Shown: piece after piece, positions 25,259-38,503 of the stretch
Numbering within the stretch: the first letter of the stretch is position 1
Layout of the letters: every line of letters begins with the position of its first letter
Source: Octopus sinensis
Taxonomy: Eukaryota
Direction of reading: 5' to 3'
DNA: 64,000 nucleotides
NCBI RefSeq assembly: GCF_006345805.1
Contig: NC_043000.1
Coordinates: 41,416,001-41,480,000 of the forward strand
The notes under the pieces: generated by a model
What the model was told of the DNA's origin: nothing
The model's input: the letters and a program-made list of their open reading frames with translations, nothing else
Database searches by the model: none
Translations under genes and position numbers: made by a program

Positions 25259-26146
25259 AAGAAACCAACGATCTAATTATCCACTGTGTCCTTTCCTAAT
25301 AGCATCTAACTTGACGGAGATTTCGCTGCAATTTCTAGCACATCGAGTGACAATGTATAGGTCTTCCTCGTTAGCTTGTATTGCTGTTGTTGTTGTTTCT
25401 TATGGCGCTGCTATCATTGTTGCTGTCATTGTTGTCAGGCTTATCCTTTAACAACATTTGCTCCCCTACACCCTTCAGTCACCCCATTACTTTTCTTTGC
25501 TCCCTACTGCCTCCTTTTATCCCTCTCTGCCTGCTTCCATCATACCTTTCTTGGCACCTCCACCAACCACCTAACTCTTACCTCTTATTTGTTAGTCTCT
25601 CCAACGACGCCGACGCCACTATCACCGCCATCACCACCACCGCCACCACAAAAACCACCACTAACACCACTACCACTGTCACACTTACGCGCACACACAT
25701 ACACACAGACATACACTTTATTTTTGCTACCCCTACACCTACCATCACCAGCACCAGCGCTTTCAACATCATAACCACCACCACCACCACCACCACCACC
25801 ACTACCACTACCACATACTACTTTTCTTTTTGCTATTTCGCCAACACCGTCAATACCAAAACCACCTTTTCTACCACCACTTCATGCATTTTTTTGCTAC
25901 CTCACATCTAATCACCTTCCTTTTGTTGAGGTCCCATCCATCTACTATCACTAACACCATCACCAGCACCACCATCTCCATACTCACAGACACACCTTTG
26001 CTATGACCCTACCACAATCACAACTAACATATACACAAACGTTTCTTCGTGCCCATGAGTCGGTTGGTGGAATGAAGCTGTTACAACATCGGATCGGATG
26101 CTTTGCGGTATTTATTCCTCCACTTTGCATTCTCAGTTCAAATATT

Positions 26147-26544
26147 CTTTTCTACTTTAGGCAAAAGGCTCGAAATTTTGGGGGTGGGATCCAGTCAATT
26201 AGATCGACCGCATTACGCAACTGGTACTTAATTTATCGGCCCCGAAAGGATGAAAGGCAAAGTCAACTTCAGTGGAATTTGAGCTCAGAACATAAAGACA
26301 GACGAAATACTAATTTCTTTACTACCTACAAGCAGCTAAACACAGAAAGGACAAACAAGGACAGACAAACGGATTAAGTCGATTATATCGACCCCAGTGC
26401 GTAACTGGTACTTATTTAATCGATCCCGAAAGGATGAAAGGCAAAGTCGACCTCGGCAGAATTTGAACTCAGAACGTAACGGCAGACGCAAAACGGCTAC
26501 GCATTTCGCCCGGCGTGCTAACGTTTCTGCCAGCTCTCTGCCTT
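26147..26544 (-). mobile_element. S2 SINE dimer with 18-bp TSD, nested in an older plus-strand S2
   Basis: attct(c/g)agttcaaatatt at 26129-26146 and 26545-26562. Confidence 0.85.
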
Positions 26545-26984
26545 ATTCTGAGTTCAAATATTACCAGGTCTACGTGAGTAGTAAACTTAATACGTGGCCA
26601 ATGTTTTCCGAGCTGAAATTCCACCGAAGTCGACTTTGCTTTTCGTCCTTTTTGAGGTCAATGAAATAAGTACCAGTCAGTCACTGGGGTCGATATAATC
26701 GACTTGCTCCCACCTCCCAACACACACACACACACACACACACAAATTTCAGGCATTGAGTCTATAGTAGAAAGGAATACGGTGGCTCGTTTTCAGACCA
26801 ACACATGGCATCTTGGTTGCCTTTAGCGGAGTCTATTCTGTTAAGATCATTTCGACTAAGTCTCCGGTTAGAGAATATCATCGATCTTCAACGTTTTCCA
26901 CTTGTTTAGGAGTCATTACGGTCTCTATAAACAAAAGACTTTTCAAAAAAGTATAATTTTAATAAATTGTGTTTATTTTAGATT

Positions 26985-27196
26985 ATCTTTTACTTGTTTC
27001 AGTCATTAGACTGCGGCCATGCTGGGGCACCGCCTTCAAGAATTTTAATCGAACAAATCGACCCTAGTACTTATTTTCTTTTAAAGCCCAGTGCTTATTC
27101 TATCGCTGTTTTTTTTTGCTGAACCGCCAGGTAAGGGGACGTAAACACATCAACGCAGGTTGTCAAGTGGTGGCGGGAGGCAAACACGGACAAAGG

Positions 27197-27231
<35 letters not shown>

Positions 27232-27606
27232 TTACGAACAATTTTGAAGGTCTATTCGCTGAATATGATCTCGAATAGCCAAATAAACACAAAGGCTAAC
27301 GTGAAACCATTAAGAGAAACTATTGAGGCAAGGAGTTGGAATGGCTGGGTCGAGTTTGACGCTATAAACCGGACTCAATCGTCAAGATCGCTTTGCAATG
27401 GGTTCCAGAAGGTAAAAGAAGACGTGGTCGACCAAAGGAAACGTGGTGGAGGTAAATAACAAAAGATCTTAAAATCAGAGGGTCAACAATGCAACAAGCT
27501 GTCAACGACGCTCTCGGTGTTAGAAGGTGGAATGATCTTGTTGTTACATCAAGTTCCACATTGCACAATACGAACCGAATGAATGAATGAATATATATAA
27601 TATATA

Positions 27607-27654
<48 letters not shown>

Positions 27655-27808
27655 CAGGCTTCTTTCATTTTCCGTCCACCAATCAACTCACAAGGCTTTG
27701 GTCGACCCGAAGCTATAGTAGAAGACACTTGCCCAATGTACCACGTTGTGGGACTGGACCCGGAACCGTGTGGTTAGGAAGCAAACTTCTTTCCACACAG
27801 CCACTCCA
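26985..27808 (-). mobile_element. S1 SINE split by an RTE fragment
   Basis: 3' half 26985-27215, head 27655-27808. Confidence 0.85.
27235..27592 (+). mobile_element. RTE-clade LINE 3' end (5'-truncated)
   Basis: WLGRV...IVKIALQWVPEGKRRRGRPKETW...RRWNDLV, ending in a (GAAT)n tail. Confidence 0.8.
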
Positions 27809-28077
27809 ATCTATTTCAATTAATAATTCATTTAATTACTTTTTAGACAATTATTTCAACTTCCGAATTTATTGTCAACGTGACGTTGATTCCTGTTGAA
27901 ATTTAATAGGCCACATTCTTAGTTCTTAGTCTTCTTTATCTTCCCTTGGTTTCTTTATAATTGATATTTTCAGTGGGAGGGTAAATTTCTTATTGAACTA
28001 ATTAGATAATCCGATTAGCCTGCACAAGTCCTTCTTTTTCTACTTTAGCTTTCCAAATATCCCCTGACACACAAACG

Positions 28078-28121
<44 letters not shown>

Positions 28122-28728
28122 TCCCAACCAAAACAAATGTTAGTATTTAGTAAGGCAGACATGATGTATAATCCACTAAGTCACGTGTCACCAACCATCT
28201 TTCTCTCTTCCTCTCCTTGTCTACCCCCTCTCTCTATGTTTAGTGCTAAAAGTAGAAATAGTTTGGTAAGGCCACGGTTTTTTGTAGCCTGCATATCATT
28301 GAAGTTATTGCCGTTGTTTCGTAACTTCGGATCAGCTCTAATAGAGCAGAAATATCTATATCTCGAGCGAACGACTAGGTGTGGACTGGAATTAGATTCA
28401 TTGTGCCTGGCACATCACATGACTGTTTAGGTGAGGAACATATCACACACTCCGACATGCTATAGTTCTTCTGAATGGTGTGGGACGCCATTTTAAACTT
28501 GAAATATTCTATCCATTGTACTATTTTCCTACGCTTTTTGTCGCTTAAATGACTAAGTAGACCTGCTATCAAAATAACACCAGCCGCGGTCTTCCCGAAG
28601 ACGCTAACTTTGTATTTGAGGGATATCTAACTTATATGCATATACGTACATACGTATGTGTGTGTGTGTATGTGTCTGTGTCGTTCTCTCTCTGCGCGCG
28701 CGTGTAAGAATTTAAGTAAGCACGTATA

Positions 28729-29533
28729 CGAGGTGGGTCGAAAAGTTCAAGACTACAAAATTAACTAGTGGCGACTTCTCTTGAAAATGGACAAAATTTG
28801 GTACCGTGGTGTTATCAAGTACCTGCAGAAAAAGGCTGAACCCTCAAGGACATTCATACTGACATAGTTTCTACATTAGGGGATAATACTCAAGATTTCT
28901 TGACAGTGCAAAAATGGGCAGCTGAATTTAGGTAGGAAAGGGAAAGTCTTGGATATGGCCCAAAGTCTGGACGTCTTGAAACTGCCACCCACCAGCGAGG
29001 AAAACATTGATCTTGTTCACTACATGTTCAGGGATGACAGGCAACTGACTATAAATCAAATAGCTAATGCTATTGACGTATCCCTTGAGAGAGTTGAAAA
29101 TATTCTGCTCAATGAAGTTGACATGACGAAAGTTTCTGCTCGGTGGGTACCACATCTTCTGACATCTGGTCAAAAGCACACCAGGCTGATTACATCACGA
29201 GAAAACATGACATTGTTTGAGGCAGGCCAAACGTTTCTTAACCCTAGACGAGTGTTAGTTTCACCACTTTAAGCCTGAGGCAAAGGTACAATCCATGCAG
29301 TGGAAAACCCAGTGGAAACATCCAGTATCGCAGTGATGATGTCGTCATATCTGCTTTTGATGACATTTGTGAGCAACAGGACGAAAGCGTCTTCACAAAT
29401 AGGATCGGTGCTCTACAACACTGATGGTAGGAATGTGTGGACTACGAAGGGGACTATGTTGAAAAATAAACCCCATTTGGTCACCTTCCATGAGAGTATC
29501 TTAGTCAGCCAATGAAGTTTTCAGCTACCTTCA
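28729..29533 (+). mobile_element. Internally deleted irritans-like mariner
   Basis: TIRs cgaggtgggtcgaaaagttca / tgaagttttcagctaccttca with TA flanks; KVSARWVPHLLT; C-terminal GDYVEK-like end. Confidence 0.88.
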
Positions 29534-29929
29534 TATGTACGTGTATGTCGACCTGCTACGCTGTGACTTCAAACGTTACCTGGATGGGCTGGTAGGGTAG
29601 ATATGTGAAGCCTCAAGAGTTAGTTCATGTTGAAAAGCAGAAACGTCTGCAAGCAAACACAAAGTTGGGAAACTCGATGCACTAATAGCCAGCCACCATG
29701 TCGGGGAGCCGCCGAACCAGCCACCAACAAGCCAGCTAGTCAGCCAGATGATAGTATACGGTATGTTACTGACTTTTGTTCATTGAACCTCGGGTAGTGT
29801 TGGAGAAACCACGGTGTTGGAAGCGAAGGAGTTCGCTATTGATGCTTTATTTGCATGACTTACTGTTATGTATGTTGCTGAAGACCTGGTTTTTACCATC
29901 TGGTTTTGTCTCTAGCAATAGAAAGTGTG

Positions 29930-29960
<31 letters not shown>

Positions 29961-30347
29961 GAGACAGAGAGAGGGTGAGAGAGAGAGACAAAAATGAAAG
30001 AGATACGAATTCCACATCAATGCAAATCTGTATACTGAAATGCATAAAAGACTACACACATGCACACACACACAACACACCACACATACAAACACACACA
30101 CACGTGGATACATACACGCATACATATACATATATATATAGATAGATAAATAGATATGAATATATGAATGTAGGTATATTATATATATATTCATATATAT
30201 AATATATATATTATAGTATATATATAATATATATAATTTACTTTTATATATATTTATACATATACATATATAAAAATATATATTTATATTTTATATATGC
30301 ACATTTATATTATACTACATACATACATACATACATACATACATACA

Positions 30348-30411
<64 letters not shown>

Positions 30412-31067
30412 TATATATAGTTATACATACATATATATACACGCGCACATATATGTATGCGTGCGTACTTACAAAAGACAATCATTTCTCCATATTTATG
30501 TGCGTGAGTATCCATACATACGTATCTGCCATTTGGCAGTAAATATGTATTTGTGTGTATGCATATATTCTCCCTGTTTCAATGGCTATTGTGTAGATTT
30601 TGCTATTAAACAAGTGATCCTCTGAAAACACGTGTGAAACCTATTATTGTCCATAATAGAAATCGGAACAGAATGAAACGAAAAAAACTCATAAGGTGTA
30701 ATAAAAATTGGAACCTTTTTTCTTTTGAAGTGAGAATTAAATATCGTATTTTGAAACAAGAAATATATCCCTTAAGCTTATCAATTGCCCAGAATAAAAG
30801 GAAACAGAAAGTTTAGCCTTTCTATAATATAATATAAGGAGATTTGTGAGACAGAGGTGAAGAAAAATCGTCTGACCTTTTCCCCGTTATCACTGAGATC
30901 AACTTACCCGAAACCAGGTAATCTCCACTGATGGCTACATTCATAAATAGATTCATATATATATAGACACATATTGTATCGTTCTTTTTAGGTCTCTATC
31001 TTCATTTCTACACTCTGAAATGCATAGGCATACACAAATATATATATGTGTGTGTGTATATATATAT

Positions 31068-31116
<49 letters not shown>

Positions 31117-31133
31117 TGTGTGTGTGTGTATAC

Positions 31134-31164
<31 letters not shown>

Positions 31165-31581
31165 GGCGCAGGAGTGGTTGTGTGGTAAGTAGTTTGCTTA
31201 CCAACCACATGGTTCCGGGTAGAGTCCCACTGCGTGGCACCTTGGGCAAGTGTCTTCCACTATAGCCTCGGGCCGACCAATGTCTTGCGAGTGGATTTGG
31301 TAGACGGAAACTGAAAAAAACCCGTCGTATGTGTGTGTGTGTGTGTGTTTGTGTGTGTATTTGTGTGTCTGTGTGTGTGTGCGTGTTCGTGTTTGTATGT
31401 GTGTCTGTGTTTATTCCCCCATCATCACTTGACAAACGTGTACCCCGTAACTTAGCGGTGCGGTAAAAGAAACCGATAGAATAAGTACTAGGCTTACAAA
31501 GAATGAGTCCTGGAGTCGATTTGTTCAACAAAATGCGGTGCTCCAGCTCGCAGTCAAATGACTGAAACAAATAAAAGAGTA
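31165..31581 (+). mobile_element. S1 SINE, full length
   Basis: ggcgcaggagtggttgtgtggtaag...gactgaaacaaataaaagagt. Confidence 0.92.
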
Positions 31582-31874
31582 ATGTATAATCATGTACATA
31601 TGCGTGTGCATGTATATATATATATGTAGTAATATATACATAATTATTTAATTTTTACCCTATACTTTTAGATTTAAATATTTTAATTTTAATTCTAAGA
31701 GTCAGATAATTCGCTGCGGAATGCTCATTCACTGTTGCTTTACTCTGGCTTTTGGCGCGCTGTTTGTGGGTCGTTTGTATTGAATTCTTTGATATATAAA
31801 GCTGTAAACTCAATATGCATTGTATCCTCTCTGATGCGGTATGTATTGAGTTTTATAACTATATGTCCATAGTA

Positions 31875-31973
31875 ATTCTCGCTGATGAGCCATAGATGGT
31901 TTAATGCATTGGTTAATTGATTATTTAATTAGTGTATTCAATCGTTAAGGACGAAACTTCGAAGTACGGGAAT
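31875..31973 (+). ncRNA. Type I hammerhead ribozyme with ~64-nt stem II (family H2)
   Basis: attctcg-CTGATGA-G...C-GAAAC-TTCGAA-GTA-cgggaat: 7-bp stem I (one G.U), canonical core, perfect palindrome ACTTCGAAGT as stem III. Confidence 0.75.
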
Positions 31974-32159
31974 GACTAATCATTTTTGAACTCTCTCAAA
32001 TTGTCCTGCCCGCCTACATTCAACATACTAAAATAAGAATTAGTGTTTTCGTGGTTTGGATTTAACTCCTATTTCTAGCGTATTGGAAAACCACTTAGTT
32101 GCTTTTGCCTTCGTATATAATTTTCATACACACATATAATATATATATATATATATATA

Positions 32160-32502
32160 TGTCTTCTACTATAGCCTCGCGCCGACCAAAGCCTTGTGAA
32201 TGGATTTGGTAAACGGAAACTGAAAGAAACTTGTCGTATATATGTATATATATATGTATGTGTGTGTGTATGTGTTGTGTGTGGTGTGTGTGTGTGTGTG
32301 TTTGTGTTTGTCCCCCAAACATCGCTTGACAACCGATAGTGGTGTGTTTACGTCCCCGTTACTTAGCGGTTCGGCAAAAGATACCGATAGAATAAGTATT
32401 AGGCTTACAAAAAATAAGTCCTGGGGTGGATTTGCTCGACTAAAGGTGGTGCTCCAGAATGGCCACAGTCAAATGACTGAAACAAGTAAAAGAGTAAAAA
32501 GA

Positions 32503-32503
<1 letters not shown>
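32160..32503 (+). mobile_element. S1 SINE, 5'-truncated
   Basis: Starts at gtcttctactatagcctcg; full 3' half. Confidence 0.9.
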
Positions 32504-32550
<47 letters not shown>

Positions 32551-32555
32551 AATAT

Positions 32556-32721
32556 GCTTAAGGGACGCATCAATCGGATTCCTTTTTTCTTCCTGAAGAG
32601 AAAGACACAATATGGCCCATTATTCAATCGGATTTTGGTAATTTGTGCCTTTCGAAACACGTGTAGAATGAAATAAACGATTTCTGTTCAATCTGCGTTC
32701 AGCTCCATTTCTTCAATTCAC

Positions 32722-32726
<5 letters not shown>
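32556..32726 (+). mobile_element. ~170-bp hammerhead cassette flanked on both sides by (TA)n (family H3)
   Basis: Unique sequence between two (TA)n tracts, containing the motif below. Confidence 0.7.
32586..32673 (+). ncRNA. Type I hammerhead ribozyme, canonical core, extended stem II
   Basis: tttcttc-CTGAAGA-GAAAGaCACAA...TTGTGcCTTTC-GAAAC-ACGT-GTA-gaatgaaa; stem II 10 bp plus 1 mismatch; palindrome ACACGTGT; GUA site at 32663-32665. Confidence 0.82.
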
Positions 32727-32782
<56 letters not shown>

Positions 32783-33224
32783 CAAACACGCATGAATATA
32801 ATGTATATAATTTATATAATAATCACTCTATGCCTCTGTCTCTCTCACACTCACAAACACATAAACACACACACTCACACGCACATAAACGCACGCGCAC
32901 ACACATTTGCACAGTCGTTAAGCGTAATTGAGAACAAAAGTGTCAGTATCAAAATGAAGTCTTTTTCTGCAATTTGTCTCTGGGAAACTTCTTGTAGTTT
33001 CTTTGTCTCTGTGAAACTACATGTAGTTCACTAGCCTTCTGTGTTAGATTCCAGTAGGGCAGAATGACAAGATGCGTACGTTTTCTAATTGAAACAGCAC
33101 GAAGACGTCTGTTGTTCGTGAGTATTTGTGCGTGTGTATGCGTGTGCGTGTATGTGTGCGAGCAAGTGCGTACGCGTGTGTATGAGCGTTTATTCCATAT
33201 ATATATATAATATATATATCTAAT

Positions 33225-33260
<36 letters not shown>

Positions 33261-33551
33261 CACGGTGACCGACCAGGCTATCAGATGTTGCTAAACATCG
33301 CTGGTCACAATGCACTTCGCATTGTTTTAGCCTTCAAATGACGCCACCCCGCTGGCTAAGCGAGCAGGCCAACAGAAGAAAGTTGTGGCGAAAGAGTACA
33401 GCAGGAAGCGCCACCCCCACCCCCTGCCGGAGCCACGTGGAGCTTTGGGTCTTTTCGCTCAATAAACACTTACAAAGCCCGGTCTGGGAATCGAAACAAC
33501 GATCCTACAACTGCGATTCCGCCGTCCTAACCACTGGGCCATTGCGCCTCC
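33261..33551 (-). mobile_element. S3 SINE, full length
   Basis: Homologous to 21801-22104. Confidence 0.92.
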
Positions 33552-33707
33552 ACACACACACACACACACACACAACACACACACACACATATATATATAT
33601 ATAAATATATATGTATATGTATATATGTATGTATGTATGTATGTATAAATATGTATGTATATATATATATATATATGTATGTATGTACGTATGTATATAT
33701 GTATATA

Positions 33708-34906
33708 CAGGTGTTAAACAAAATAATGGAAATACCTATTTATTTTTCTATTGACTATGTGACTAGTTCAAAACTATTCTTTTCTGTACATATGTGTTAG
33801 TATGTACTCTGTGTGTCTCTTACTTCATGATATAGCCTTGTATTTATTTGTTTCTACAGATATATATACTTACATAAGTTAAATTGCGCGACCTGCCTGT
33901 TTTGCAAAGAGGGAAATTTGTTTGAGCATGGATGAATGGTGTTAAAGTTGATAAAACTGGTGAACTGAGTGTTTTGAGAAGCACAATGAGTAAAATCACG
34001 CTGTCAATCCAAAACCAAGGAAAAAAACCCAGATCTGGCAAGCATGATTGTGGACGGAATATGAAGTCTACGAAGAGACACCGCAGAATAGTGAAGCGTA
34101 CTGTCTCTAAAAACAATCGTACTATGATAATAAATTTGACAAAACCACTACCTTGCCAACCCTCCATCAAACAAAACTGTTCGTCGTGATCTCCATAAAA
34201 CGGCTACATTGAGAGGGCTGCAATTGCTAAACTTCACTTATCCCTCATCAACATTCGTAAACAGAGAGTGGTTAATAGCTCAGTGGAACAATGTCATCTT
34301 CTTTGATAAATCTCCATTCAAATCTTTTCCCACCTCGGAGCGAGTTTATGTCTGGAGACAGCCCAAAGAAGCCTTCCACTTTCACACTTTGACCCCTAGT
34401 TTGAAGTAAGGGGGTGGCTCTGTGATCATTCGGGAAGCTATACCACAGAATTTTCTTGGCTTTTAGTGGTTGCCCTTTGTTAAGTTAACGCCAAGTAACC
34501 TGAGTATTTCCTGATGGTAAGGTAATATCCTAGAACTATAATGCACACGGCTAATATTATTCAAAATTGGTACGAAGTGCACAAAAGGGAAGTAGATCAC
34601 ATGGACTTCCCACCTTAATCACTGGATTTCAATACAATCGAGTTTTTATTGTGTATTTTGGTCAGCAAGTCAGGAACCGCTTCCTTTCGCTATCGTCAGG
34701 AATGGCTTCCCTTCGCTTCACTATCACTGAAAGGGCTAACGGAAGCGTTATTTGAAGAATGGCTCCTAATTCCCTTAACAACCCTTCATAACCTGTACGA
34801 ATCAATTCCTCGAAATATTAAATCTGTGATTATTTCCAAAGAAATTAAATAATAAAAATAATAAAACATCTATTTAACAAGGCGTTTACATTATTTTGTC
34901 CAACCC

Positions 34907-34909
<3 letters not shown>
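33708..34909 (+). mobile_element. Defective Tc1-like transposon
   Basis: TIRs caggtgttaaacaaaataatggaaatacct / aggcgtttacattattttgtccaacccctg with TA flanks; VIFFDKSPF, RVYVWRQPKEAF, GGGSV motifs; ~1.2 kb with internal decay. Confidence 0.9.
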
Positions 34910-34944
<35 letters not shown>

Positions 34945-36106
34945 TCTATGTGTATGTATGCTATACATGTATATATGTATGTGTGTGTATGAGTGCATGT
35001 ATACATCCGTCACTCACACACATACGCGCTTAGACTCTTCAAGCACACTACAGGATATTAGGCCGTTTAAGCAATACGTGCGTGGGTTGATTTATGTTAG
35101 CATATCTATAGCTAGAATTTACATAAAACATATATGCTAACAGCGTGAACAAAAATAAATAAATAATACGCGCTAGTTAAATGAATGTTAATATATTTAA
35201 TGCATGAATCATCGAAACATTCACCAAGAAATTAAATTATTCAGGTCTACCACACGCTATAAGCGGTGGGTAAATTCTTTTATAATACATTCTGGATATA
35301 AATTAGAAATATATATTTATGCAGCGCAATGCACAGCCATAGTTGTGTAGTTTGTTTCGTGGCATATCTGTTCGATCCAACTGCACGCTACCTTGAGCAA
35401 GAGCCTTCTGCTATAGCTTCGGGTTGTCTAACTTGGGGCCGGATTTTGGTAGATGGAAATATACGAAGGCTTGAATGAATATATGTATTTCTGAAAATAA
35501 GCCTTACTATTCAACAATATGGGACTCTACTCAGCTGTGAAGATATCCCGCCATTTCTTTTCGTTTTTGTCTATCTCTAATATGTTCTACATGATGTTAA
35601 ATTCTGTCAAAAAGCAAACAGTTTGATGTTATTTATCTAAGATTTTATCTGTTAAGTAGTATTTTAATCGTAATTTTATGAATATATTATATTATTGTAT
35701 GATATAGTATACGTATCCTATGTAGTAGACTTACAAATTTAACTATTTCTCTGTAGGTTGAAGAAAATTATGAACATCTTGAATCAGTTTTCGAAATTTA
35801 TCGTGCTCTCAATGGGAGATATTCATTTATGCATCAAACTACGGTAGTTTTTAAGTTGATCCTTTTTGGGAGACATATCTTTCTGCCACATGAATTATGT
35901 ATGAAACAGAATTCAAAAGGCTAGAAAACCGTCGATTTACATAATTCGGGTTTTGAATCAATTCCACTAACACTGTCATTTACAAATCAAGCTATGATGA
36001 TGGACTGGAAATAAAGCAAAACTAATTATATAGATGCATTAATATATACAGATATAGATGCATATGCAGGTGTATATATATTATATATATAAATGTATAC
36101 ATATAT

Positions 36107-36642
<536 letters not shown>

Positions 36643-36660
36643 TTATATATACATGCATAT

Positions 36661-36736
<76 letters not shown>

Positions 36737-37304
36737 GCATACAGCAACGACATCGATACACCACCCCCTAGTAATACGAACAAGTACACCAGTCATAGTG
36801 TTAACCGCAACATTCATACCGACATTAACTCAAATTCCACCCCAAACTTGTATTTTGGTAGTATTCGTATCACGAACAGTAATAACAACAATAAGAATAA
36901 TAACGTATTATGGTAGTCTCTGCTAGTCTGAGAAAAACAGCTTTTCAATTTCCTATTGAACAACCTGCACAAATTATATGTTTATAGAGATGAAATGTAT
37001 GTGTTGAACATTAACTCATTCTTTCCATCAAATCGACATTACCTGATCGTGTACCACGCGTCAGGTGTCGAAGTGACCGTAGAGCGATGTGAGAGGAAGT
37101 GCTTTACTAAAGAACACAACGCCTCTGGGAATTGAAAGTACGATCACGCGATCGTGAGTGCAACACCCTGGCCACTAAGTCTTGCTCTCTAATACAATAA
37201 TAATAGTGGTAATAGTAATGATAATGATGAACGAACAAGTGGTGGTGTTGAGAGTGTTGGTGAGAAAAGTGGCTGCAACGGTAGTGATATCGGTCATAAT
37301 AGCA

Positions 37305-37730
37305 GGAATAACGATTGTAATAATGGTTTCAAATTTAGACACAAGGCCAGCATTTCTGGAGGAGGAGTAAGCCGATTGCATCGACCCAAAGGATGAAAGG
37401 CAAAGTGGGCCTCAGTGGATTTTTAACCCAGAACATAAAGTCGGAGGAATTGCCACTAAGCATTTTGCCCGGTGTGCTAACGATTCTGCCAGCTCCCCGA
37501 CTTAATAACGGTTGTGATAAAAATAAGCCTTTCTACTACAGGTACAAGGTCTGGAATTGTGGGGAAATGCTAAGCGATTATATCGACCCCAATGTTAAAC
37601 TGATGCTTATTTCATCGACCAGAAAAATGAAAGGCAAATTCCACCTCAGCGGCATTTGAAGTTAAAGAATCGGAAGAAATGCTGCTAAACATTTTCTCTG
37701 GAGCCGTAACGATCCTGCCAGCTCGCTGCC
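37305..37730 (-). mobile_element. Degenerate tandem S2 SINE copies
   Basis: Two reverse-complement S2 cores (cgacccaaaggatgaaaggcaaagt; cgaccagaaaaatgaaaggcaaatt). Confidence 0.7.
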
Positions 37731-37731
37731 C

Positions 37732-37870
<139 letters not shown>

Positions 37871-37880
37871 TGCTGATAAT

Positions 37881-38435
37881 AATATAACGATTCTGTGGGA
37901 CTTTCCAGTACATACAGACCGAACCATCAAAGCCAATAAACCGGATATTGTTTTGAAAGACCAAAACAATAAAGTTTGCTTATGGATCGACATGAGCATC
38001 CCCTGTGATCATAATATCTCGGCGAAAGAATTTGACAAGCTCAGAAAATATAAAGACCTGCTCATTGAAATTGAGAAAATGTGGCATCTCAAGGCGGTTA
38101 CAATACCAGTGATCGTAGGAGCACTAGCAATGATCAAGAAGGGAACCGAAAATTATATGAGAATGATCCCTGGCTTACCATCCCTGCAAGAAGTGCAAAA
38201 GATTGTCTTAACTGGTACATAACACGTATTGAGAAGAGCATTGTCGATGTGAGAACTATTACTACCCATGTATTTTAATTTAACTTTATTTCTATCAAAA
38301 AAAAAAAAAAAAATGAACGAACTAGTGAGTTTAGTTTAATGGCCTACCAATGTATACTATGAGTTTCTTTGCCCTAGGAGTCGGGAAGACACTCGGCAAG
38401 AAATGGAAGCAAATTGGAAGAAGAAGAAAAACCAT
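37881..38435 (+). mobile_element. R4/Dong-like non-LTR retrotransposon 3' end (RLE domain + 3' UTR), copy a1
   Basis: ITILWDFPVHTDRTIKANKPDIV...IDMSIP...KYKDL.IEIEKMW...IPVIVGAL...VQKIVLTGT; (AAT)n on both sides. Confidence 0.88.
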
Positions 38436-38457
38436 ATAATAATAATAATAATAAATA

Positions 38458-38492
<35 letters not shown>

Positions 38493-38503
38493 GCTATAAT
38501 AAT

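Noticed and set aside
29688-29766. Perfect Kozak-like GCCAGCCACCATG and a GTATGT donor-like site
   Set aside because: The ORF stops after 13 codons and the context is a (CCAG)-rich low-complexity patch.
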